From the NCBI GenBank assembly GCA_007116995.1, contig SKHL01000030.1, positions 11,525 to 75,524 on the forward strand: DNA of 64,000 nucleotides, given 5' to 3'. Position numbers and translations under genes: made by a program. The notes beneath the pieces were generated by a model. The model saw only the letters and a list, made by a program, of their open reading frames with translations, searched no databases and had not been told where the DNA came from. This DNA is from Limnochordia bacterium (GTDB taxonomy: Bacteria; Bacillota; Limnochordia; Darwinibacteriales; DTU012). Within the stretch, counting starts at the first letter, position 1, and each line of letters begins with the position of its first letter. Positions 19,602 to 28,903 of the stretch are shown here, piece by piece.

Positions 19602-20090
19602 TTACCTTTTAATACCTATATCATTTTCCCAAATAAGTTCTATAGAATCCGGTCTCACGTACCACATCCTCATACACAAGTCACCCGCAATCAGTTGAAA
19701 ATGACCATTCCCACCAAACTCTTTTTGATCCCATCGACACCAACCATACCCACCATACTCCAGGTGTCCATTCAAATCCCAGTCACTAGGAAGTGGTTTT
19801 TTCTGTCCCGGATGAGTATGCCACGGTCCCACATATACAAAACCTTTATCACATAATCTCTTAGTCCATCTATCCCAGAAATCTTCATCTACATATGTAG
19901 TATTTAATTCATGAGTAGAATTTTTTCCCGGAGGTACACACAGACAAACACTAACCTCATCCACATACTCACTTCGATACAACGCCCCCATAGTTTCCAA
20001 AGGATATACTTTATTTGAACACCTCTGTATAGTTCTTACTACCCGATCACTAACAACCAGATTCCAAGGCGGACTAACCAACTTCCTCAC
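19602..20090 (-). CDS. Standalone JAB/MPN (JAMM) metalloprotease-like protein
   Basis: JAMM signature H-x-H-x7-S-x2-D present as YVGPWHTHPGQKKPLPSDWDL, with a Glu candidate upstream (YPLETMGALY); 162 aa. Confidence 0.7.
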   Translation of the reverse strand: MRKLVSPPWNLVVSDRVVRTIQRCSNKVYPLETMGALYRSEYVDEVSVCLCVPPGKNSTHELNTTYVDEDFWDRWTKRLCDKGFVYVGPWHTHPGQKKPLPSDWDLNGHLEYGGYGWCRWDQKEFGGNGHFQLIAGDLCMRMWYVRPDSIELIWENDIGIKR

Positions 20091-20124
20091 CCTAAAACCC
20101 CCCCCCTCTAAAAAAGAATCCCCG

Positions 20125-20514
20125 CTAACTTAGCGAGGACTTATCTGAAAAAAACTGTTTGTGAAATAGATTTTCCTTGTAGAAACTAGTACCCAGTCTC
20201 TTCATGAAAACCACCGTATCCAATAAGTACTCCAAATTGGCTTGAATTTCATTCCCACGATCTGAAAAGACAATTTTTACAACCCCAGAATCTCCTACTC
20301 TCTCCAGATACCCATACCGTCTAGTATGCACAAGCTCCATAGTAAAGTACACTCTACACTGACTAAACACCAAATAGGGTATCTGATTGAGTGTTTTAAT
20401 AATTTTATCGTCTCTGTCGTACGTACTAGAAAGAAACCCACCAGATAAGAGTACCCCTAAAAGCACCACCACCACAAAAGCTAAAAACAAGATAGAAAGT
20501 AAGTATCCTACCAT
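20125..20514 (-). CDS. Membrane protein (N-terminal TM), unknown function
   Basis: MVGYLLSILFLAFVVVVLLGVLLSGGF hydrophobic N-terminus. Confidence 0.5.
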   Translation of the reverse strand: MVGYLLSILFLAFVVVVLLGVLLSGGFLSSTYDRDDKIIKTLNQIPYLVFSQCRVYFTMELVHTRRYGYLERVGDSGVVKIVFSDRGNEIQANLEYLLDTVVFMKRLGTSFYKENLFHKQFFSDKSSLS

Positions 20515-20554
20515 ATCAAAACTAACCCCTCTCTAATATTATCTACTCTTCCTA

Positions 20555-21556
20555 CTACAGCTTAATTCCTAAAACATTCATATAGATAGACGGATCAGAA
20601 CCCTCTACTTCCACATCATAGAAAGTATAGTCTCCTGAAGCCCTTTCTACATTATCTATACGGATATAAGCATGAGTAGAGTCCTTAAACCAACACCCCG
20701 ATAAATCTTTAGAGATTCTATCGTACTCTTTCCTACCCACCGTAATCGCATAATAATTGAATTCCCCATCCTTACTATGACAAAGATAGATGTTAGAAAA
20801 ACAATTCAATTTCATCAAAAGTCTCTGTACACACAAGAACAATTCTAGAGACCCTGACGGCTTAAAGAATAGACCCTTGTTAATCGTAGAAGTCTTGAAG
20901 AAAATATCCACGAACGAAAGTAACCCCTCCCGATTCAACGAACTCATGAACTCTTCCGGAATCACCTTATCCTTACTCCTACACCCAAAGATAAGACACT
21001 TATCTAAAATAGACCCATCATTCACAGATAAGAATGTCTCTCCAGAGTACGTATACTTATCCATCTTAAGTCCATACGAACTAAACAACGAATCTCGGAT
21101 ATCTTTTTCTAATACTTCAATCCCATCTAAATGGATAACTACCTTATTCTTTGATTTATCTATGAATCCCCTAAAAACGAAGTAAGATAAGAACTTAATC
21201 AAATTAATATCCATCTCACTAGGGTTATTGGCGAAAACACCCACCGGATACACTCCCATAGTCCGAGAAGAGATATCCCGTATCTGAGTCCAAGAGAAGT
21301 TTTCCGGACTTCTCCCCGCATCCCTACCAAATCGATTTAACACCAGAGAAGAAGAACTTCCAAGAACAGGAGTAGCGAAAAAATTCCCATTCATAAAAAC
21401 ATTAAAGACCGGCTCACTCACTTCTACCTTCTCTACTCTACTAACAGTAGAGAACTGACCTTTCACCGTATAAACCTTATCTCCCCTAAGTAAATCCTTT
21501 ACATCCTTGTATCCACCATACGTTATAACCTTACTCTCTCCTACAATAGTCTTCAT
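20555..21556 (-). CDS. Free-standing Hint-like / degenerate LAGLIDADG-like protein (possible domesticated homing endonuclease)
   Basis: The N-terminus KVITYGGYKDVKDLLRGDKVYTVKG resembles Hint block A. LIKFLSYFVFRGFIDKSKNK and EGLLSFVDIFFKTS resemble two LAGLIDADG helices. The C-terminus FYDVEVEGSDPSIYMNVLGI resembles Hint block G but lacks the terminal HN. It has its own RBS and is not embedded in a host protein. Confidence 0.35.
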   Translation of the reverse strand: MKTIVGESKVITYGGYKDVKDLLRGDKVYTVKGQFSTVSRVEKVEVSEPVFNVFMNGNFFATPVLGSSSSLVLNRFGRDAGRSPENFSWTQIRDISSRTMGVYPVGVFANNPSEMDINLIKFLSYFVFRGFIDKSKNKVVIHLDGIEVLEKDIRDSLFSSYGLKMDKYTYSGETFLSVNDGSILDKCLIFGCRSKDKVIPEEFMSSLNREGLLSFVDIFFKTSTINKGLFFKPSGSLELFLCVQRLLMKLNCFSNIYLCHSKDGEFNYYAITVGRKEYDRISKDLSGCWFKDSTHAYIRIDNVERASGDYTFYDVEVEGSDPSIYMNVLGIKL

Positions 21557-21609
21557 AACCCATCCCCCCAGAAACTTACTAGATTACCTTGTCCTAATCC
21601 CCGCACCGA

Positions 21610-22290
21610 TTAGTTACTACCTGTATTACCCCACGTACTTGTCCCACAAACCGACACAGGTAAATCGTCAACCTCTCTAACCGGAAAATCCATTGTCGGT
21701 AAAATAAGAGCTTGAACGATAGGGTTACTCTTCTTTATTGTATGAAACAAAGGTTGAGACTCTTCCCTAGAATACGTACTACTACAGCACCTATCCAATA
21801 TCTCCAACAACGATACCCTATCATGAATACTGTCATAATCCAAAATCTCCTTACCTTTTGTCAACCTACCATGTAACTCATCAATAACCCGATCCCGAAC
21901 CTCCAATACAGGCAAGTCCGTAATAATAATCGGAACACTAGATACATTATGTATGTTCACAAACACTTCCCCACGATACCCACTACTAATAATATGAGCC
22001 CCATACATTAAACCACGAGACCCCACACTACCACGATTCGACACAACAAACCCATAACCTGCAGGAAAAGCAGTAGCAAACCCCGTACCATAGATACGTC
22101 TTTCACCCGGATAAATACAATCATAATCTTCCGGCATAATTACTGTAATATCGTACCCACTATCTTCCCCCCTCTTAGACGGTAAGATAGCTCTCTTATC
22201 TAACTTTCTCACTAACAGTTCATTCATTCTAGTAACCACCCCTGTCTTAATCCCTATTAATAAACCTCTTAGTTCGTTTTCTATGACCAT
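21610..22290 (-). CDS. dut: dUTPase (trimeric type) with an unusually long segment between motifs IV and V
   Basis: Motif I EDSGYDITV, motif III NRGSVGSRGL, motif IV HIISSGYRGEVFV, and C-terminal motif-V-like VCGTSTWGNTGSN; 226 aa. Confidence 0.7.
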   Translation of the reverse strand: MVIENELRGLLIGIKTGVVTRMNELLVRKLDKRAILPSKRGEDSGYDITVIMPEDYDCIYPGERRIYGTGFATAFPAGYGFVVSNRGSVGSRGLMYGAHIISSGYRGEVFVNIHNVSSVPIIITDLPVLEVRDRVIDELHGRLTKGKEILDYDSIHDRVSLLEILDRCCSSTYSREESQPLFHTIKKSNPIVQALILPTMDFPVREVDDLPVSVCGTSTWGNTGSN

Positions 22291-22349
22291 ATTTCTAAAG
22301 TTCCTAACAGTATATATAAAAGACTGTTAAAATAAGTACCTAATCTTTT

Positions 22350-23498
22350 CTAAACAGCTATAATCAACCGATTCTCCGCCCGAGTTATCCCCGTATATAA
22401 CCATCTCTTCTCATTATCCCGGCAGAATCTCTTCTCATCATACAGTAATACGTTACGAAATCCTGACCCCTGGCTCTTATGACACGTTAGGGCATACCCG
22501 AAATCGAACCAACATATGTTCCTGTTATCATTTAAATTCTTTTCATCCTCCAAACCCAGAAAGTCATGAGCGTCTACAATTAACCGATTGAAGTACATAC
22601 CTTCTTCCATAAAGTCCGGTCTAAAATCTAACTCCATCAGTCTCTTATCATGATTAATACCGTGAATCTTCGTGACATACCCCATCAACCCGTTAATCAT
22701 GGGATACCCTTCTAGAGTCAGATCCCATATATTTTTACCAGAAATAATCTTATCGTTAACTAACGGATACTCAGAATCAAACCCAAGTAATTCCCTAACC
22801 TGATTATTCAACTTTCTACGAGTTCTATGAGTACCACAGATAACCTGAGACGCCCCCAACAACATCTTATCTGTAACATCCTTTTTCCGAATCACCACTA
22901 CGTCATCACCATAACTACCTACCTGTAACTTCTTCCCCTGTCTCACCAACATAGATACTCGAATAATACTACTACACTCCGCCTGTCTATGAACCGTATC
23001 TAAAAACACGTCCGGATCATCCAGATACGTGTTATTCTTATGTTTAACCGGAGGCAACTGACCCGGATCCCCTATCGCAATCACCGGAAGACCAAACGAA
23101 AGAAGATCTTTCATCATTTTCTCCGGTACCATACTAATCTCGTCCACCACCACTAACTGAATACCATGTTCAAGAGTATCCTTTAGACGAAATTTCATAT
23201 CTTTTAGTCTCCGATTACCTTCCACCCTAACCCCAGAAGACTCAAAATCGTACATCAGTCTATGAATCGTAGTAGCAGGACAACCTCTCTGATTTAATAC
23301 CAAAGAGGCTTTTCCTGTGTACGCACAAAAATGTACCCCCGTAATCCCAATACTTTCTACCATCTGTTTTACAATCTCTGTTTTACCCGTGCCGGCATAC
23401 CCGGCTATCGTAAATACCTGTCTATTACCCAACTTATACCATTCTGTAGCTTTCGCAATCGCCCGTTTCTGATCCCCTGTTAAAATTACTTCAGCCAT
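22350..23498 (-). CDS. SF1 DNA helicase, Dda/RecD-like
   Basis: Walker A IAGYAGTGKTEIV, motif Ia AYTGKASLVL, Walker B LVVVDEISMV, motif III GDPGQLPPV, motif V/VI GYALTCHKSQGSGF, and ...LYTGITRAENRL. Confidence 0.85.
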   Translation of the reverse strand: MAEVILTGDQKRAIAKATEWYKLGNRQVFTIAGYAGTGKTEIVKQMVESIGITGVHFCAYTGKASLVLNQRGCPATTIHRLMYDFESSGVRVEGNRRLKDMKFRLKDTLEHGIQLVVVDEISMVPEKMMKDLLSFGLPVIAIGDPGQLPPVKHKNNTYLDDPDVFLDTVHRQAECSSIIRVSMLVRQGKKLQVGSYGDDVVVIRKKDVTDKMLLGASQVICGTHRTRRKLNNQVRELLGFDSEYPLVNDKIISGKNIWDLTLEGYPMINGLMGYVTKIHGINHDKRLMELDFRPDFMEEGMYFNRLIVDAHDFLGLEDEKNLNDNRNICWFDFGYALTCHKSQGSGFRNVLLYDEKRFCRDNEKRWLYTGITRAENRLIIAV

Positions 23499-23531
23499 AA
23501 TACAAAACTCCTCTCTAATTTATTAATACGG

Positions 23532-24056
23532 CTAATTTTTCCCTTTGTACCCTATCAGTTCTTCTATCTGTTTTCGAGTCTTCTCATGTAAGACCATTTT
23601 ATTCTTATTTACCTCATACCACTCCAACGTATTCGGAGTCCCCTGAGCCTTCCCCGCACCTCTCCAGTCCGCAACCATTTCCAAAACATACTTTCGAGGC
23701 ATCTCCACCGCCACCAGTTCTTTTTCCGTTATGTTACCAGAACTATCTACCTTAACGTCCGGCACAATCCAGTACTGCCAATGATGTTTATTTCTCGACT
23801 GATGAAAAAACCATGCCCGATCAAAGTCTTTATTACCCGTATCCGTCGCTTTGTAATACCCCGTCTTATCTCTAATAATTCTCTTACTACCGTCCTTATT
23901 ATTAAAGAAATGAGCATAGGGTACTAGTTCAGAAGGTAGTAATTTACTCCAGTCATGAATCAATCCCCTAAACGGAATACCTAATCTACAACACTCAACA
24001 AATACATACCACTTATGAATCAACACATAGTACAGATATCCTATATACCTTCTCAA
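23532..24056 (-). CDS. Conserved phage protein with H-D-W-S-K and HH-W-Q-Y-W motifs (possible metal-dependent hydrolase)
   Basis: 174 aa with LIHDWSKLLP and FFHQSRNKHHWQYW. The pattern is reminiscent of a phage DUF family, but I cannot name it securely. Confidence 0.4.
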   Translation of the reverse strand: MRRYIGYLYYVLIHKWYVFVECCRLGIPFRGLIHDWSKLLPSELVPYAHFFNNKDGSKRIIRDKTGYYKATDTGNKDFDRAWFFHQSRNKHHWQYWIVPDVKVDSSGNITEKELVAVEMPRKYVLEMVADWRGAGKAQGTPNTLEWYEVNKNKMVLHEKTRKQIEELIGYKGKN

Positions 24057-24071
24057 CTAACAATCCCCTCC

Positions 24072-24359
24072 CTATAATGAATCCAACCTCTCTTCCAACT
24101 TCTTGAATTCACAATCCCTACAGACAAACTCCAACTTTGAAGTCCACATAGTATTACCTGACCCACAACCACCTTCCCTACAGTAAACCTTACGGAAAAT
24201 ATACCTATCCCCTCTTATCCCACAATCAAGACACTTATACTGTATAACTTCCTCCCTAGTTCCTCCGAAGTAATCACTATCATAAACTATCTCTACTCCA
24301 TCAGATACTACATTCCTACTCTCACACTCCCCACAAACCATTGCCGGCTTTCTAACCAC
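24072..24359 (-). CDS. Zinc-ribbon protein
   Basis: CGEC...CLDCG...CREGGCGSG...CRDC: four CxxC pairs in 95 aa. Confidence 0.5.
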   Translation of the reverse strand: MVRKPAMVCGECESRNVVSDGVEIVYDSDYFGGTREEVIQYKCLDCGIRGDRYIFRKVYCREGGCGSGNTMWTSKLEFVCRDCEFKKLEERLDSL

Positions 24360-24371
24360 ACCAGTCCCTCC

Positions 24372-25598
24372 CTAGAAATTCTTACTCACGTACTTCCCAT
24401 TACTCAACGGAACCCGTCTCATATTCACGTTCGTATCCGCACTAATCTTACTAATGTTCTTATAGTCCACGTACGGTATACCCTCTTCCTTCAACACATT
24501 TTCATGTTTGAAGTACCATATCGGCTCATAATTTCCTAAGCTCTTAGACGTATCCTTTCGTTTACCATCCTTACCGGCACCCGGCATTACCCGAAACAAC
24601 ATAAGATCCTCATGATATAATCGAAACCCTCTCTCACCCGCAATAAACGCAATTATCTTCTTAATATTGGGGATCTTCTCGAAGATATTAATCGAAAATA
24701 CCCCATCCTCCTTCAACGCATCAATCGTATTATAAATCGTAGGTCGTAAAAACCCCTTTACCCATAAATCATATGTACTAAACATATTACAACTCTGAGT
24801 CTCTTCATCACTATACACTTCCGTATTGAAATAAGGAGGACTCGTAAACGCAATATCAAAGTAGTCCTGATACTGAGGATAGTTTTCTTTTGTAAATGTC
24901 TCACTCCCGATACATAATACCTCAGCCTTTTCTATGTTCTTAAAGTTCGTATCCAAGTACTTGATTAAATTACCAGCATTTTTCGCTGTCTCCGTATTCG
25001 GATCCATCCCAATATACTCAGACACATTACTAGCCGCCCAAGCCCCCAAAAGTCTCCCACCATAACCCGCACTCGTATCCAAAACCTTAGAATTCGAAGA
25101 TCGAGGAGAATACAACTCGTACAGCACTTTCGCCACAGCCGGTCGAAAATTAACCACATACCCTACCCTAGCAACCATTCTTCCCCACCGAATTAAGTCC
25201 ATAATACTTGACCCATATGACAACGACTTCTGAATAAACTTTTTCAAGTAATCATCGTCATAAAACGCAGACCGAATCGTATGATCACAGTTCTGTTTTT
25301 GTACATCATAAATATTAGGGAAGAACTTGTAAAGAAATCCCGTCCCCGCAGTATGAAACCCATAGTGACTCTTTTCAAAATCATAGATATCTCCCGACCC
25401 CACGTCAATGAGATTTCTAAGACTTTTCATATCATCCTCTATGTCACTGATATAATCCGGAAATGTATTCACACTCCGAATTATCCGAAACGCCTCTTCC
25501 TCCATCTCCAACTTCTTCTCGTCACTTGATACCTTGTACTCATTGTAAAATGATTCCGGAATTAAATCTGAGTACTGATTACGAATTGTCATAAACAA
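24372..25598 (-). CDS. DNA methyltransferase (amino-MTase; N4-C or N6-A, SPPY motif)
   Basis: Motif I VLDTSAGYGGRLLGA (FxGxG-type SAM loop), then motif IV FDIAFTSPPYF. The I-to-IV order indicates a gamma/beta-class amino-MTase. Confidence 0.8.
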   Translation of the reverse strand: MFMTIRNQYSDLIPESFYNEYKVSSDEKKLEMEEEAFRIIRSVNTFPDYISDIEDDMKSLRNLIDVGSGDIYDFEKSHYGFHTAGTGFLYKFFPNIYDVQKQNCDHTIRSAFYDDDYLKKFIQKSLSYGSSIMDLIRWGRMVARVGYVVNFRPAVAKVLYELYSPRSSNSKVLDTSAGYGGRLLGAWAASNVSEYIGMDPNTETAKNAGNLIKYLDTNFKNIEKAEVLCIGSETFTKENYPQYQDYFDIAFTSPPYFNTEVYSDEETQSCNMFSTYDLWVKGFLRPTIYNTIDALKEDGVFSINIFEKIPNIKKIIAFIAGERGFRLYHEDLMLFRVMPGAGKDGKRKDTSKSLGNYEPIWYFKHENVLKEEGIPYVDYKNISKISADTNVNMRRVPLSNGKYVSKNF

Positions 25599-25626
25599 CC
25601 ACTCCCTAGTATGAAATTCTACTCTT

Positions 25627-25643
25627 ATCTATACGGAAAAAAG
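25627..25643 (-). promoter_or_regulatory. CCGTATA-class motif upstream of the DNA methyltransferase gene
   Basis: TTTTTTCCGTATAGATAAG 27 nt before ATG 25598; hairpin 25641-25665. Confidence 0.5.
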
Positions 25644-25679
25644 AGGAGCTATCTCAGCCCCTCTTCTGTCTTTCTCAGT

Positions 25680-26081
25680 TTAACAATCAAATCCACAGTG
25701 TTCACATCTCATCCGAGTAACTTCCTCAGATGCCGGAGACCCCCAACACTCTCCACGATATTCCCTTTCATTCCAGACAGCCAATCCACCAGTCCCACAC
25801 TCAGGACAAAAATCATCTTTTATTAGATTACTTTCTACTTTACCTATCTCATATGTGATTTCCTTCAGTCTGTCACTGTCTGTTCCAATATTCCGTAGAT
25901 ACATTGAAACAACCCTCAGACTCTCCAGATACCCGAACTCATCATGTACATCCTCACTAAAACCTGACTCGATAACCTCTTTTAAACTGTTGATTAACTT
26001 CTTTTCCTCAGTTACTTTCCGTACCAATGTATTTGTCATGTCTGTAAGACCCCTTTCTAAGTTATGATATTTCTTCCTCAC
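25680..26081 (-). CDS. Hypothetical protein with C-terminal zinc ribbon
   Basis: CPECG...CEHCGFDC at the C-terminus; 133 aa. Confidence 0.45.
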   Translation of the reverse strand: MRKKYHNLERGLTDMTNTLVRKVTEEKKLINSLKEVIESGFSEDVHDEFGYLESLRVVSMYLRNIGTDSDRLKEITYEIGKVESNLIKDDFCPECGTGGLAVWNEREYRGECWGSPASEEVTRMRCEHCGFDC

Positions 26082-26196
26082 TACTATCTTATCCCGACCA
26101 CAGCTTAATTATACCATAGATCGTCTATTTTTTCAAGAGAAAATAAAAAAATAAGGATACTAAGATAGCACCCTTATTTTTTATCTGTGTTTTTCC

Positions 26197-27441
26197 TTAC
26201 TCAGAATCAACGTATAGAACTGACTTAAACGAATCCGATACCACTCCGATACCGTCTTTATTTAAGATCAATCCAACCATCGAATCCTGAGAAAATACCT
26301 TCAGTAACGAACGAAGTAAGTTCGACTGAATAGATACGTCACCATTCAACACTTTCGGAGAATCGTTAGGCGCACCCATAAGTACCATGTTAATATCTTT
26401 TCTCTTATCCTTCTTCTTAATCGACGCAGAAATAAATCCATCCTCTGTATAATTAAAGAAGATCCGAGAAATACTTCCATTCACCGTGTTTGACGCATGA
26501 TCTGCAGCCTTCGCTAACTGTGCGTAGTTCACATATACCGGAGAATTCGATTTAATAAGAGTATCTACTGAGTCCAACATAGTCTTCGGAGGAGCATAAT
26601 CCGCAACACCCACACTGTACACAAAATCTTTCGTAGATAAGAAGATTCGATTCTCCTGTCTGTGTACGTCAATCTCTTTCGACTCACTACCACTCGTTAA
26701 AACATAGAGAATCTGAACATCTTTAATACTCAGATCCATCTTAGGGAACTTCTCCCCATCAAACATCGCCACACTAATCAAATAAATCGACATAGCACCC
26801 TTATCAGAAAAGAAAATTCTCCTCTGAGACGGTGTGACACCCGAGTTAGCTAACGGATACAGGTTTTTTAGAACCTGAAAGAATGTATTTGAAGTTAGAC
26901 TACCCAGAGACTCCTTTTCCCCATCTACACTAAACTCTAACTGATCCTCCTGTACGTCAACAATATCAACCTCCGCATCTCCACCCATAACCTTTAAGAA
27001 ATACGAACCATCTTTCTTATACAGTGTAAATGAAGATCCACATAATTTTACCAGCTCACTAATGACCGGCAAACTAATAGGGATAAAGTCCTCTAGTACA
27101 TTACTAGAATTAAGTAGTGTAATCGCCTTCTCAACATAGATATCCACGTCCGTAATCGTAACCCATAACTGATTCCCTTTCACCTTTAGACCAATAGTCC
27201 TCGCAACAACATCACGACCCGAACCCTTAGACACCACATTCGCGACCTTTAAAATATCCGATATTTTCTTCGTAGGAACACGAATATGTTCCTCATCAAT
27301 CACAACCTCTTCTTTACCAGAAAAAGAAATATCATCTTCTTCCGTATCTTCGTCTGAATCTGTTAGACCTAAAAGATCGTCTAATGTTGTGTCCTGATCC
27401 AGATCTTCCCTCTCAAAATCTTTTTCGTTGACTTCTGACAT
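26197..27441 (-). CDS. Hypothetical 414-aa protein with acidic N-terminal tail (sliding-clamp-like candidate; weak)
   Basis: N-terminal 45 aa are D/E-rich. The remaining roughly 370 aa have an alternating beta-strand-like pattern and a length compatible with a DnaN-type clamp, but no diagnostic motif. Preceded by a CCGTATA motif at 27482-27497. Confidence 0.45.
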   Translation of the reverse strand: MSEVNEKDFEREDLDQDTTLDDLLGLTDSDEDTEEDDISFSGKEEVVIDEEHIRVPTKKISDILKVANVVSKGSGRDVVARTIGLKVKGNQLWVTITDVDIYVEKAITLLNSSNVLEDFIPISLPVISELVKLCGSSFTLYKKDGSYFLKVMGGDAEVDIVDVQEDQLEFSVDGEKESLGSLTSNTFFQVLKNLYPLANSGVTPSQRRIFFSDKGAMSIYLISVAMFDGEKFPKMDLSIKDVQILYVLTSGSESKEIDVHRQENRIFLSTKDFVYSVGVADYAPPKTMLDSVDTLIKSNSPVYVNYAQLAKAADHASNTVNGSISRIFFNYTEDGFISASIKKKDKRKDINMVLMGAPNDSPKVLNGDVSIQSNLLRSLLKVFSQDSMVGLILNKDGIGVVSDSFKSVLYVDSE

Positions 27442-27561
27442 ATAATTACCCTCTCTCCTCTTAAATTACACTCTTCCTATCTCTATACGGAAAAACTACC
27501 AGTAAATGAACTATTTTCCATATAACCTAATAGTCATTATATCAGTAGCTCTTTCCACACT

Positions 27562-27701
27562 CTACACAATAATATACTCTTTTTCACAGCAAGGGCTAAC
27601 ATAGAAAAAAGAATCACCAAATAAAACTGATTGAGACTTGTAGAATGTTTTACCACACCCACAACACTGCTTTCTTTTGTAACTGAAGTAATACTTCAGC
27701 C
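27562..27701 (-). CDS. Small Cys-rich ORF (46 aa) not in the ORF track; tentative
   Basis: ATG at 27701 with RBS GGGAGGGGGATAGGAA. Encodes MLRWLKYYFSYKRKQCCGCGKTFYKSQS...CCEKEYIIV in an otherwise ORF-free 300-bp gap. Confidence 0.3.
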
Positions 27702-27739
27702 ATCTCAGCATTTCCTATCCCCTCCCTATCTCTAGAAAA

Positions 27740-28114
27740 TTAAGACTTATTACTACACTCAGTTACAAGATACACCGTATAATCTCCCATACTAGACCCA
27801 AGTACTTTCTCTATCGCTTTATCCCAAACCTTCTGACCCTCACGAACCCATCCACACTCAATAGGATTACACTTCTTACATCTCCAACAAATACTACTAA
27901 TGTTTGAAAAAGAGTCTCCACTAGCTACCCTATCCCGATCCTCTAACCCCAACTCACGTCTCTTTCGATAAATAGCTGTATCCGAACACTCCATAATACT
28001 AGCAATATCCTTAACACTAAGATCCGTATTTCCCCATAAACTCCGTAACTCATCACACAATTCCTTATTCCAAGTTTTCGGTCTCCCCAACGTTTTCAAA
28101 GCTATCACCCCCAC
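27740..28114 (-). CDS. HTH DNA-binding protein with C-terminal Cys cluster
   Basis: LSVKDIASIMECSDTAIYRKRRELGL is a classic helix-turn-helix (sigma region 4 / terminase-small-like), followed by CWRCKKCNPIEC. Confidence 0.5.
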   Translation of the reverse strand: MGVIALKTLGRPKTWNKELCDELRSLWGNTDLSVKDIASIMECSDTAIYRKRRELGLEDRDRVASGDSFSNISSICWRCKKCNPIECGWVREGQKVWDKAIEKVLGSSMGDYTVYLVTECSNKS

Positions 28115-28388
28115 CCAAAGAGATTAGATGTTACCCAGTAAAAGTAAGGTAGAAAGGGTATTCCCCAAACCCCTTCTACCACGTTACCCACAAAATCCCA
28201 GTTGTATATCTCTAAACTCCTACATACCAAAGATACAGCAAACCACAACTCTAGGGCTCATTATAACTTTTCACCAGATAACGAGAATACCCACTACGAG
28301 AACCGTGCAAACCACCAGAACCCATGAAAGATATCCGTTCAAAACCTATACACCCCACCCCCTATAATCTCTTCTCCTCTATATATAA

Positions 28389-28838
28389 CTAGCCCACCCT
28401 GTCCAAAATCAGTCTACCATTCAAGTGATCCAATTCATGTTGAAATACACACGACCGTAGATCCACAAACCGCCCCTTCTTAAACTTACCCTCTTCATTG
28501 TAGTACTCCACATCTATCTTACGAGGACGAGTAATCCCAAGTTCCTTCCCCGGAACACTCAGACACCCCTCTTTATGTACAGCCAAAACCTTACCCTTCT
28601 TAACAATTTTAGGGTTAATTACCGTCTCTATTTTAGACCCTTTTCTCATAATAAAACACCGATACAATAAACCCACCTGAGGCATAGCCAACCCAAGACC
28701 TTCTACCTCCAGTAATAAGTCCTTCATCTTATCTATTTCCGGACGTAATGAATCCAAAGTCTCTAAATTAACGTCCTCAGATACTTGTCCCAAAACAGAC
28801 CGTCGCTCTTCATTTTTTAACGTGATGATCTCCATATC
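28389..28838 (-). CDS. def: Peptide deformylase
   Basis: All three PDF motifs: GLGLAMPQVG (motif 1), EGCLSVPG (motif 2), QHELDHLNG (motif 3). True start is MEIITLKNEER (ATG about 28838). The upstream part of the tracked ORF contains the CCGTATATATAGG promoter motif and terminator hairpin. Confidence 0.85.
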   Translation of the reverse strand, partial: DMEIITLKNEERRSVLGQVSEDVNLETLDSLRPEIDKMKDLLLEVEGLGLAMPQVGLLYRCFIMRKGSKIETVINPKIVKKGKVLAVHKEGCLSVPGKELGITRPRKIDVEYYNEEGKFKKGRFVDLRSCVFQHELDHLNGRLILDRVG

Positions 28839-28848
28839 TCCACCCCCA

Positions 28849-28872
28849 CCTATATATACGGGAAATATATAC
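28849..28872 (-). promoter_or_regulatory. CCGTATATATAGG motif upstream of def
   Basis: GTATATATTTCCCGTATATATAGG 13 nt before ATG of def; preceded by hairpin 28879-28903 plus T7. Confidence 0.5.
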
Positions 28873-28878
28873 AAAAAA

Positions 28879-28903
28879 AGAGACATTTCAAAAAGAAATG
28901 TCT
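28879..28903 (-). terminator. Rho-independent terminator closing the ORF-less unit upstream of def
   Basis: 9-bp stem GAGACATTT/AAATGTCTC, loop CTTTTTG, then TTTTTTT. Confidence 0.6.

Noticed and set aside
20555-22290. Intein inserted in dUTPase
   Set aside because: The dut ORF is intact through its C-terminal motif V and stops 53 nt before the Hint-like ORF, which has its own RBS and Met. The Hint-like protein also lacks the terminal His-Asn needed for splicing.
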